A stretch of 64,000 bases of DNA from a virus (Duplodnaviria > Caudoviricetes), in the IMG/VR virus record IMGVR_UViG_3300047160_036266, positions 1 to 64,000 of that record; one strand, given 5' to 3'. The position numbers were made by a program, and so were the translations under genes. The notes beneath the pieces were generated by a model, which made no database searches, was not told the DNA's origin, and saw only the letters and a program-made list of their open reading frames with translations. Every line of letters starts with the position of its first letter. Position 1 is the stretch's first letter. Below, piece by piece: positions 1 to 8,052 of the stretch.

Positions 1-258
1 CTACTGTGCGGACAGGGCTTTGACAATAGCGGCGGCACGGGCGTCCATCCATTTTTTCAACCCTTCCTCGTTGCCCTTCAAAGTGCCGGGTATCTTGAGG
101 ATAACCGGGATCACCGAGTCATCGGCTACGAGGTACTTGTCCACTAAATCCCGCATGAGTTTCGAGCGTGAGACGCCTTTCTTCTCGGCGCACTTGTCAA
201 TAAACTCCTGCATCTCAGGGTCCATTGACAGGCTCAGTATGTTCTTGTTTTTATTCAT
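1..258 (-). CDS. Ribbon-helix-helix (CopG/Arc-like) DNA-binding protein
   Basis: ILSLSMDPEMQEFIDKCAEKKGVSRSKLMRDLV fits the beta-alpha-alpha RHH pattern. Confidence 0.7.
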   Translation of the reverse strand: MNKNKNILSLSMDPEMQEFIDKCAEKKGVSRSKLMRDLVDKYLVADDSVIPVILKIPGTLKGNEEGLKKWMDARAAAIVKALSAQ

Positions 259-523
259 TGAAATCCCTCTGCTTCCGCTTCTCGGTGAAGTTCTCCCGGA
301 ACTTCGCCTTCAGCAAGGCTATCTCGGACTCCCGCCGCTTCCTTCGTCGCTTTTCGCCAGGCTTCTCGTAGACCTCGTGGCGCTTGAAGTCGCGCATGAT
401 GCCGTTATCGCTGCACGCCTTTTTGAAAGCGGTGAAAAGTCCTTTGAAGTTTCGCTCGCGCTCGTCCCCGGAGGCATTCGGGTTATAGTTTTTGGCCTCT
501 ATATGCACTCTTGCCAACGACAT
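251..523 (-). CDS. rpsU: Ribosomal protein bS21 homolog (phage-encoded)
   Basis: FKKACSDNGIMRDFKRHEVYEKPGEKRRRKRRE matches the bS21 core (FKR...G....++....YEKPSE+R+RK); 90 aa, basic. Confidence 0.8.
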   Translation of the reverse strand: MSLARVHIEAKNYNPNASGDERERNFKGLFTAFKKACSDNGIMRDFKRHEVYEKPGEKRRRKRRESEIALLKAKFRENFTEKRKQRDFNE

Positions 524-524
524 C

Positions 525-1670
525 TCATCCTTCTTTCGGAATCCTTAGTAGTTTTACGCCAATGGACTTGGCCTTCCGCTTCCTCACGGTGTCGTAAGGA
601 ACAATATCGGTAGATTCCCCCGTGGTGGGCCAGGTGTCCCGGTTCAACTCTGGCAGATACTCCTTCAGCCTGGTGGCGATATTGCCAAACAGGTTTTGGC
701 TCCAGAGGGCACGCCCGCCGCCCTCTATAATAGTAGAGAACGAGAAAATATATTGCCTCGGAACTTTCGGCCCGCATAAGTCGTCAATTTCAAATTCCTT
801 CACCGCCATGAACCGGGCGCGTTCGTCACAACATAGGTACGGAGTCCGGGCGGCTATCGCCAGACGAGAAGAACCGTTGAAAACGTCCAGCACCATGCCC
901 GTAGCCCGAATCGTGGCCAGCACCTTGTTCATGTCCCTCTCGGCCAGGTGGATACAGTCCTGACTGAAATCGGAAGACAGATCATAACCCAAAGGGTGCT
1001 TCCAAAGGACCGGCACATACCGCTCGGCCAACAGCCGCTTCACCAACTCGACCCAGAATTCCTTGCTGGCCGGGATATTCTTGGTCCGCCCGTGCCGCCA
1101 ACTCTGAATTTCCAGTGAAGGTAAGAGGAAGATTTTGTAGCCAGCCTTGGTCGTCAGTTCCCTGTTGAACTCCTTGCCCAGCAGTGTAGACGATGGCACC
1201 ATCGGCAAGAATCGTTTGATGTGGCGAAAACGGTCCCAAAATCCCTGCGCCAGTCCGTGACGGTAGTAAGGCTCCAGGTCGCGCACGTCGGAAACATCCC
1301 GGAAAAACTCATGAAGGCTGCGTATATTCACGGCGTACAGGTCGGAGCGGTTCCTGAATCCCTCGGCATCATGGTAGAGTTTGCGTACCTGCCCATCGTC
1401 GTGGATCGTCCAATACTCATCAACGTAGGGAAAGAGAGCCTGGCACCCCGGCCAGGAGCAGAGGATGAAGTATTTAGAACCCTTCATCTCCTCCCGGTAG
1501 CGTTTGAGCAACAACGATGACAATACGAACAACGAGCGCAGATCACCAAAGAACGGCATAATAGCCATGCTGGCAGGGTCGGTCGGTATTCTTTGGTCCT
1601 CGAACTTCTCACGGACATAGCCAATCCTGGCCGCAGCCCGCTGGAGAAATTCCCGCATGTCGTAGCTCAC
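525..1670 (-). CDS. Glycosyltransferase-like protein (GT9/GT-B-like)
   Basis: C-terminal LATIRATGMVLDVFNGSSRLAIAARTP resembles the GT9 (heptosyltransferase) DSG..HLA.A...P region. Confidence 0.45.
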   Translation of the reverse strand: MSYDMREFLQRAAARIGYVREKFEDQRIPTDPASMAIMPFFGDLRSLFVLSSLLLKRYREEMKGSKYFILCSWPGCQALFPYVDEYWTIHDDGQVRKLYHDAEGFRNRSDLYAVNIRSLHEFFRDVSDVRDLEPYYRHGLAQGFWDRFRHIKRFLPMVPSSTLLGKEFNRELTTKAGYKIFLLPSLEIQSWRHGRTKNIPASKEFWVELVKRLLAERYVPVLWKHPLGYDLSSDFSQDCIHLAERDMNKVLATIRATGMVLDVFNGSSRLAIAARTPYLCCDERARFMAVKEFEIDDLCGPKVPRQYIFSFSTIIEGGGRALWSQNLFGNIATRLKEYLPELNRDTWPTTGESTDIVPYDTVRKRKAKSIGVKLLRIPKEG

Positions 1671-2842
1671 ATCTTACTCCATATATCTTTGCCGTTCATC
1701 TGCGCCCGGATGATTTCCGGCTGCTCCACCTGGCCGATAATATCGTTCCAGTTCCCCCGCTGCATCTCGTCCATTGCCCGCTTGGTGTATTCCAGCGCCT
1801 TGCCCTGGTTGTGCAACACACTTAGGTAGTGGGAAATGACCAACTTCTTCTTCTGCGGGCTGTCGGTGGTCAGCGCCATACGCATTCCTTCCTGGCCGGC
1901 ACCACATATCTGGTCCGGGCTTTCAAACAGCAGGTACGGCACCCCCATCATGGCAGCAAGGCGTGTCGAGGCCGTCCAATACTGCACCGTGAACTCCAGC
2001 TTGCTGATGATGGCCAGGGTCAACTCCAGGTCTTTGCACTCCGGCAAGCGACTGAAATCGCAAATACGAGGCACGGGGCAGGGCAGGGTGCTTTGCTTCT
2101 CCCCCAACCAGATGGGATTATAACCCTCCAGTTCCAACAGGTAGATCAGCTTCTCATAATACTCCGGGGGCAGGTTCCGGCCCCAGGTCTTGCGGGCGCG
2201 AGCAAAGACTCCTACCGACCGGGGCCGCAGGTACTTGTTCGCCCTCTCTTGAACCTCCGGCGAGGGCCTGGGAACCGGCACCTTTTGCCGCCGATAGCCT
2301 GGTATGTCACCGAACAGAGAACGAATGATGTCCATGCTGCCACACTGCACACACTTGGCAACATAGTTCCCGTCGCCCCAGAAGTGCTTGCAGGCATTAC
2401 AGATATTTCCCAGGCACATATTGCCCAGAAAGGTGGAAGGAACGTAGCTTCCCACGGCGGTGAGCTTCTTCTCCAGGCGGGTTAGGTTGCGGGACTCATT
2501 GTGGAAAGCACGGCAGAACTCCCGGAGCCATTGATGCTCCTCCTTCACTTCCCAATATTCGTCCACCAGATGGCGGTACAAATATTCGCGCCCGTACCAG
2601 CCCACCACGATCTTGTACATGGTCGGGTTGGCCTGGGCCAAGCGGGGTATGCAGTAGTGAATGGCCAGCGACTCGCAACCGAACTCGGACAGGTTGCCGA
2701 TAATCATGATCTGGTTCTTGTCGGCAGGCCGCTCTCGGTTGTTGAATTTGAAGACGTTGAACTGGATGTCCTCCAGTTTCTCCTCCGCTGTCGTCTCCCT
2801 CCCTGTGCCCGCACTGCGGGGCTTGGTCTTCACAATCCTCAT
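1667..2842 (-). CDS. Glycosyltransferase-like protein (GT9/GT-B-like)
   Basis: IWLGEK, LAIISKLEFTVQYWTASTRLAAMMGVPYLLF; paralog-like to the adjacent ORF; 4-nt overlap. Confidence 0.5.
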   Translation of the reverse strand: MRIVKTKPRSAGTGRETTAEEKLEDIQFNVFKFNNRERPADKNQIMIIGNLSEFGCESLAIHYCIPRLAQANPTMYKIVVGWYGREYLYRHLVDEYWEVKEEHQWLREFCRAFHNESRNLTRLEKKLTAVGSYVPSTFLGNMCLGNICNACKHFWGDGNYVAKCVQCGSMDIIRSLFGDIPGYRRQKVPVPRPSPEVQERANKYLRPRSVGVFARARKTWGRNLPPEYYEKLIYLLELEGYNPIWLGEKQSTLPCPVPRICDFSRLPECKDLELTLAIISKLEFTVQYWTASTRLAAMMGVPYLLFESPDQICGAGQEGMRMALTTDSPQKKKLVISHYLSVLHNQGKALEYTKRAMDEMQRGNWNDIIGQVEQPEIIRAQMNGKDIWSKM

Positions 2843-3027
2843 CGGTCATTTCCCTTAATACGCAGCATCTTCGCTTGTGCGCCGCAAGCCGGACAGCGAA
2901 ACTTCCGGGGACCGCCACAGTTGCTACACTTTTTGAATTCGTGGAGGTCTTTGAGACTTTCGCTGATGCCGGGCGTCAGTCGGCTCCACCGACAACGAGG
3001 GCAGCGGATGATAAAGCGGTTGTCCAT
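2839..3027 (-). CDS. Small zinc-ribbon protein
   Basis: Three CxxC pairs (CPRC, CSNC, CPAC) in 62 aa. Confidence 0.6.
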   Translation of the reverse strand: MDNRFIIRCPRCRWSRLTPGISESLKDLHEFKKCSNCGGPRKFRCPACGAQAKMLRIKGNDR

Positions 3028-3051
3028 ACAATATAAAAGAGTCGGCGCAAC

Positions 3052-3082
3052 AAAAAACCCCGCCGGTTTGCGGCGGGGTTTT
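3052..3082. terminator. Bidirectional intrinsic terminator
   Basis: aaaaccccgccg-gtttg-cggcggggtttt: GC stem with A-run and T-run flanks. Confidence 0.8.
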
Positions 3083-3087
3083 GTTCC

Positions 3088-3270
3088 TTACTCCGCTTCG
3101 TCTAAGCGTTTCTGGAGCTTGTCGATTTGTCGTCTGAGCAGCAGGGCGGGTGCCGGGTTGTCGTGCTTGGCGAAGTATTCATCGACAAGCTGCACAACGT
3201 CGCAACCGCCGTCCCGCAGCAGCGACAGCAGGACGTTCAGTTCCGACCAGAGTTCGTCGTATTTCCTCAT
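3088..3270 (-). CDS. Hypothetical protein
   Basis: 60-aa ORF overlapping the upstream stop by 4 nt (translational coupling). Confidence 0.6.
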   Translation of the reverse strand: MRKYDELWSELNVLLSLLRDGGCDVVQLVDEYFAKHDNPAPALLLRRQIDKLQKRLDEAE

Positions 3271-4259
3271 TCTTCCTTGTCCGCCGGGGCGAAGTCCGAC
3301 TCCAGTTCCGCCTCCTCCGGGAGCTTGTAGAACTCCTCGGCCACCACCTGCACCCGCTCGTCACTGCCGGTCAGGATTTTGAGCGGACGGTGGCGGGCGT
3401 CCTTGGGGTTCTTGATGTAGACCGCCTCGCCCTTGAGGAAGGACTGGAGGCACAACTCGCAGAGGCGATACATCAGCCCCTTGCCGGCCTGGCCGTAGAG
3501 CCGCAGGTAGTTGATGGCCACGAAGTCCCGGAAGGTGTTGGCAGCGGCCTCCTTCTCCTTCTCGCTGCCCTCCAGGGTGATTATGGTCTTGAACCGTTCC
3601 AGGCGGGGGTGTTCCACCGTGTACCAGGCGCGAGCCAGGACCGCCAGCCACGCCGCCTGGGAGTACATCTTCTGGCGACCGAAGGCGGCGAACAGCAGGG
3701 CCTCCTTGTGCTTGCACATGAAGGCCAGCTTCTCCTGGTTGGAGGGCTTGTGGCTGAGGGAGTGGCGATAGCTGTAAACCATCTGCTGGGCGATAGCCGA
3801 AATGAAGCTATCCACCCAGCCCTCCCCGATGATCTTCGCCACGTCGGGGGTGCTACGGGGCGTCCCCGTGTCGATCACCCGCATGATATTGTTCGGAGCG
3901 CCACGGACCACCGGCATGAACACGGCGCAACCGGAGTCGATAACGGCCAGCAGCCGATGCTGCCCGTTCGCCAACTCCCCGTTGAGCAGGTAAATGAGGG
4001 GTTCGGGTGTGAACAACCAGCGGCGGTGGCGCATGTCCGACGTGTAAGCCGCTACCGTTGTGGGCTTGGGATCACGGTTGTGCTTGTTGTACTTCTCCAG
4101 GGATCGTTTCGCCTCTTCAGGCGTCATCAGAACCCAGGTGGTCCCTGTCATCTTCCTGATGGTTTCCAGGGCTTGGGCGAGGCTTCCGGGGTTGCCCAGC
4201 GGGTGCAAACGCAGGATGCGGTCGATGTCCGTTCTCGACTGCTCGATCCGACCTTCCAT
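3267..4259 (-). CDS. ParB-like (xGQHR motif) phage protein
   Basis: NRD...Y..DM...W......I....ELANGQHRLLAV...DTG..RS is the typical ParB-like N-terminal domain of phages. Confidence 0.7.
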   Translation of the reverse strand: MEGRIEQSRTDIDRILRLHPLGNPGSLAQALETIRKMTGTTWVLMTPEEAKRSLEKYNKHNRDPKPTTVAAYTSDMRHRRWLFTPEPLIYLLNGELANGQHRLLAVIDSGCAVFMPVVRGAPNNIMRVIDTGTPRSTPDVAKIIGEGWVDSFISAIAQQMVYSYRHSLSHKPSNQEKLAFMCKHKEALLFAAFGRQKMYSQAAWLAVLARAWYTVEHPRLERFKTIITLEGSEKEKEAAANTFRDFVAINYLRLYGQAGKGLMYRLCELCLQSFLKGEAVYIKNPKDARHRPLKILTGSDERVQVVAEEFYKLPEEAELESDFAPADKEE

Positions 4260-4280
4260 CGTTGTCTCCGGGGTGGTTGG

Positions 4281-4820
4281 TTACTGGTCCTGAACAAACG
4301 TGTCTTCGAGCAATATATCCAGAAACTTCTGTATCAACTGGTATTGGTGACAATCCTTGTTGATGCCGAAGCGCTCGATAGCCGTATCCTCGATCCAGTC
4401 GCGCAGGCCGGTGCCGAATTCCTGACTGCGGGCGTACCAGTCACAGACCATCTCGGCCACGGCCAGGGCCGGCATCTCGCTGACGCCGCCCCAATATTCA
4501 GGGTGATGCTCGTTGGTTTCTTGGTGCTGCTTGACGGCCAGTTCCAGTTCCACCTTGGGGATGGCTGCGCCACTATGAAGGTATCGCCATTCAACGCCGG
4601 AAAACTTGGAAGCGTCGTGGACGAAGACCCTACCGATCAGCAGCCGTCCGAAGTCTACTTCGCCCTGGTTGATTAGTCGCTTGCCCAGGAGCAGGCCGGC
4701 ATCACGCACCAATTCGATGTGCCGCACAAGGTTGTCAAGATGCTCCTCAAGTGTCAGGGTCCGCCCGTTTTTCCCATTCTTGGGCGACCCGTGGGAATGG
4801 CTTCCTTCTTGCTCGTTCAT
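4281..4820 (-). CDS. DUF5662-like HD-type protein
   Basis: H...V, HDASKF, H...NEHHPEYW, EMVCDW motifs. Confidence 0.7.
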   Translation of the reverse strand: MNEQEGSHSHGSPKNGKNGRTLTLEEHLDNLVRHIELVRDAGLLLGKRLINQGEVDFGRLLIGRVFVHDASKFSGVEWRYLHSGAAIPKVELELAVKQHQETNEHHPEYWGGVSEMPALAVAEMVCDWYARSQEFGTGLRDWIEDTAIERFGINKDCHQYQLIQKFLDILLEDTFVQDQ

Positions 4821-4825
4821 ATAGT

Positions 4826-5386
4826 TTACACCGATGGTACTTCGACTTCCTGTGGCACGCCGGTGGTCACGTTCAGGGCGCTGTGCAAATCCACAAGGTC
4901 ATCGAACCATAATCCGTATCTACGCACGTTACTGGCGAAAACCGGGGGGCCTAGTGGCTCGACCCGCCAGACAGGATCGCCCACGTCGTTGTACTTCATC
5001 TGGGTCGTGTACTGGACACGTCCCCACTCATCCTTGACCACCTTTTTCCGCCCGTTCACTTCCACTGTCACAGGTTGATATTCTACTTCGCACCGGCTCA
5101 GTTGTAAATCCAGTAAAGCCTCGCGTCCCGAATCCACCAAAAGCGAGTACCAAACGTCAGAACAGAGAACTAAACAAAAGTCCAGCTTTTGACCATGCCA
5201 GAGCTTGCTCAGGTCGCTGAACTTTACAACCTTGCCTAGATTTAACTTGTTGCGTATGAAGGGTTTGGAATCCTCAAAGCAGACCGCCACCGACGCCTGA
5301 TCGAGTCGGGGCGAGTGATGTTGCTTCTTGACCCCCAGCAGGCAGTCCTGCACGTCCGCTGATGCTTTCCAGTAGTTTGTCGGCAT
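4826..5386 (-). CDS. Phage metallopeptidase-fold protein, catalytic motif degenerate
   Basis: LGKV.K....KLW..LDF.L.L..DVW...REALLDLQLSRC, where the family normally has HELxH. Confidence 0.4.
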   Translation of the reverse strand: MPTNYWKASADVQDCLLGVKKQHHSPRLDQASVAVCFEDSKPFIRNKLNLGKVVKFSDLSKLWHGQKLDFCLVLCSDVWYSLLVDSGREALLDLQLSRCEVEYQPVTVEVNGRKKVVKDEWGRVQYTTQMKYNDVGDPVWRVEPLGPPVFASNVRRYGLWFDDLVDLHSALNVTTGVPQEVEVPSV

Positions 5387-5401
5387 TTTCCACCTACCCC
5401 A

Positions 5402-6163
5402 TTATAGGTGATCGCTGGGGTACTTGGGTGGGATGTCGTCGCTGATCTCCTCGATCTGCTTCTGGAGGCTTCTTATTTTGGAGTCGAGGCTTTTGACTTT
5501 GCTTTCGCTCAGCCCCTCGGCATCGCTCATCTTGCACTCCAGTTCGTAGAGCGACCTCTTCAGGTCGTCCAATTTCAAAATATTCTGATCGGCTGCCGCC
5601 AACCCAGGAGAGATGCGGGTGCGTCCGGTGTTGTGGTCGATGGTGTCCGGCCCGTAGCTGGTTGAATACTGCGGGTTGGGGTCGGTGCCCATCATCTTCA
5701 CCTTGTCCTCCATACCGTTCTTGCCATGTACGTCGGTGGAGGGTGGGAGGTATTTCTCAAAAACGGATGGTTTCTTGGGGGTGCTGCTTTCGCGCACACG
5801 CTCGTGGGTGTTCGGCTTGCCCCGCTTATCATCGCCGCCAAAATATTCCTTGAGGTTCTTGCCCTTGCGCTGGGTGTGGTCGCGTATCGGATGATCGCCG
5901 CCATCTTCCAGGGTTGAATTGTCGGTCACGTCGGGAGCATCACCCTGGCCGCTGGACATCTGATACACTTGCCGCCAGTATTCGGCATCAACAGCGTCGA
6001 GGCCCTTTCTGGTGTCAAGAGATGGATAGGCCCCGAAAAAATCCGGGGTACTCTGGTTACGGGGCTGGGCGGGCTTGGGGGCATCGGCAAATATACCGTT
6101 TTGCTGCGCCTTTTCCCACTTTTCGGTCCACGACTGAAACTCGTCTTGCATATTCTTGGCCAT
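5402..6163 (-). CDS. Hypothetical protein with C-terminal coiled coil
   Basis: Long ORF; AGGAG RBS and a TATATA motif upstream. Confidence 0.7.
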   Translation of the reverse strand: MAKNMQDEFQSWTEKWEKAQQNGIFADAPKPAQPRNQSTPDFFGAYPSLDTRKGLDAVDAEYWRQVYQMSSGQGDAPDVTDNSTLEDGGDHPIRDHTQRKGKNLKEYFGGDDKRGKPNTHERVRESSTPKKPSVFEKYLPPSTDVHGKNGMEDKVKMMGTDPNPQYSTSYGPDTIDHNTGRTRISPGLAAADQNILKLDDLKRSLYELECKMSDAEGLSESKVKSLDSKIRSLQKQIEEISDDIPPKYPSDHL

Positions 6164-6219
6164 AAAGCTAACTCTCCTTATTAGCTTATATAGCCTGGAT
6201 GCAAGAATTCTTGTACGCC

Positions 6220-6771
6220 TCAGACGAGAAGCTTCTCAAGTCGTTCCTGGGTCATGGGTTTGGCCCTGCCGAACTGCGAGTACCAGCCCCGCATCCGGCC
6301 TGTGTAGGTGGCGTAACCCTCCATGAACCGCTCGATGGCCGGGCGGCTCTGGCGGGTCATCTCGATGCTGAACAGCGCCTCGTAGAAGTTGTCCTTATCG
6401 ACAACGTACTTGTGGGCCACGCGAAGGAGGAGAGTAAATAGGGAGCGGCGCATGGAAGTCGCCCACCACTGCGACTGGTCGATATAGGTGATCGTCTTGC
6501 GCTGGGTAGGGCCTATTTTTGAAAAGGGGGCGATCTGCAAATGTTCCTCGAAGCAGTGGATAAAGGCGGCGATGGCACGACTCTTGCCGGCCACATGGGA
6601 ATAGAGGAACTGGCGGGCCGTCCGGCTCTCGGTGTGCCAGAGGTCACGGCAATAATACCACTGCCCGACCGTCATGGACCCGTCTTTCAGTCTGCTTTTT
6701 ACTTTCGCAAAGTGACCTGGGCCGGGGCGGTACGGGGTAACAATCTTCCGCTGCTCGCCAAAGTAGTCCAT
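6220..6771 (-). CDS. Hypothetical protein
   Basis: 183-aa ORF with GGAGGG RBS. Confidence 0.65.
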   Translation of the reverse strand: MDYFGEQRKIVTPYRPGPGHFAKVKSRLKDGSMTVGQWYYCRDLWHTESRTARQFLYSHVAGKSRAIAAFIHCFEEHLQIAPFSKIGPTQRKTITYIDQSQWWATSMRRSLFTLLLRVAHKYVVDKDNFYEALFSIEMTRQSRPAIERFMEGYATYTGRMRGWYSQFGRAKPMTQERLEKLLV

Positions 6772-6790
6772 ACCCTCCTATATAGGCCCC

Positions 6791-7456
6791 CTAAGCAACT
6801 CCTCGCCGCAGCATCTCGTGCATGTCCCAGGCGTTACCCAGGTCCGGGCCGATCTCGAATGGTTCCTTCAGGATGTGCTGGTAGGCCGTAAACATTTGCA
6901 TGGCAGCGACCTTCGGCTCCATCTTGCCGATGGCCGTTCCCAGGCCAGGACAGAGGACACTCTTGATTTGACGCTCCGGCTCCAGATCGTGATTCTTATT
7001 GTGGCGGTTGATGGCGATGAGCGTGGCCCGGAAAGCCAGGTAGGCGTTGACACTGCCCCGAATATCCATCGGCACGCGCATGGTGGGAGCGCTCACCAGC
7101 CACTTGAAGTCTTCCTCTCCCTTGCGCGTCCAGGGGCCGGGCAACACGGTATTTTCATCGCCGTGGGGGATGGGGATGATGGCGGCGTTGCCGATGGGCA
7201 GTTCACCGAAGTGGTGGTTGGCCAGGAACTTTTGCAATTCCGCCTGAACCCGTGGCCAGCGGAAGGAAAATATGCCGTCGATGCCGCCGTCCATGAAGCC
7301 GAAGCTATTGGCCGGCGACACGATGGCATCGGTGATGGGGCCGGCGAAAATATCGCCTGTGGACAGTTCCACGTCGGGGTCATTCTTCCAAAACAGGCCC
7401 CACGCCTTCTCCATCTCCGGGTTCCGGTCCCGCAGGTGGATTTTTACTTGATTCAT
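6791..7456 (-). CDS. Macro domain (ADP-ribose binding/hydrolase) protein
   Basis: GDIF...DAIVSPANSFGFMDGGID ... APTM ... PGLGTAIG are hallmark macrodomain motifs; start set at MNQVK. Confidence 0.9.
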   Translation of the reverse strand: MNQVKIHLRDRNPEMEKAWGLFWKNDPDVELSTGDIFAGPITDAIVSPANSFGFMDGGIDGIFSFRWPRVQAELQKFLANHHFGELPIGNAAIIPIPHGDENTVLPGPWTRKGEEDFKWLVSAPTMRVPMDIRGSVNAYLAFRATLIAINRHNKNHDLEPERQIKSVLCPGLGTAIGKMEPKVAAMQMFTAYQHILKEPFEIGPDLGNAWDMHEMLRRGVA

Positions 7457-7910
7457 CTTTGACCTTTCTCGTTGTGATCGTGACCCGATTTTCGGCGGCA
7501 TCCAAGAAGGACTCCAGGTTGTTGAGGCTGATAACGCTCCAGTGAGGGTCGTCCACCGGGACGTATTCCTTCTTGGTGTAGAAGAAGACCTCAACCGTGT
7601 AACGATAGCACTTCCTGGCTACTAAGTCCACTGCCATCCCGGCCTGCAAATCCCGGCCCATCTCCAGGGGGATTCGGTAGGAGTCCCCGTCCACGGCGCA
7701 CCCCATCTTCTTCATGATCTTGGGGGCGGACATGGCATTGTGGTGCAAAAGCAGTTCCAAGAGGTCGCGCTTGAGGGGGCCGTCAACGAAATCGGCCACC
7801 GCCGTATAGCGAGCCATGACCTGGCCCCGCTGGGGCTGGTTGGTACGCACGTCATGGAAATACTGTGCAAAGTTGGTATCGTCTATTACCAACTCCTTCT
7901 CATCCGTCAT
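7380..7910 (-). CDS. Hypothetical protein
   Basis: ORF with GGAGG RBS before MTDEK. Confidence 0.65.
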   Translation of the reverse strand: MTDEKELVIDDTNFAQYFHDVRTNQPQRGQVMARYTAVADFVDGPLKRDLLELLLHHNAMSAPKIMKKMGCAVDGDSYRIPLEMGRDLQAGMAVDLVARKCYRYTVEVFFYTKKEYVPVDDPHWSVISLNNLESFLDAAENRVTITTRKVKDESSKNPPAGPEPGDGEGVGPVLEE

Positions 7911-8052
7911 AATCCTCCCCACTTCATATACAGAAATAAGCCCAGGGCCATTAACTGCCACAGGGCCGATCCCAGCAGCATCAACTCATAAAACACGTCC
8001 GGGATCAGCGGCGGCACTTCATCCATGTGTGCGTCACGCCGAATAGGTTCCA

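Noticed and set aside
3150-4676. Long plus-strand ORFs antisense to real genes (e.g. 3150..4676, 21862..23457, 52724..54235)
   Set aside because: These are shadow ORFs typical of GC-rich coding DNA, with no motifs or RBS.
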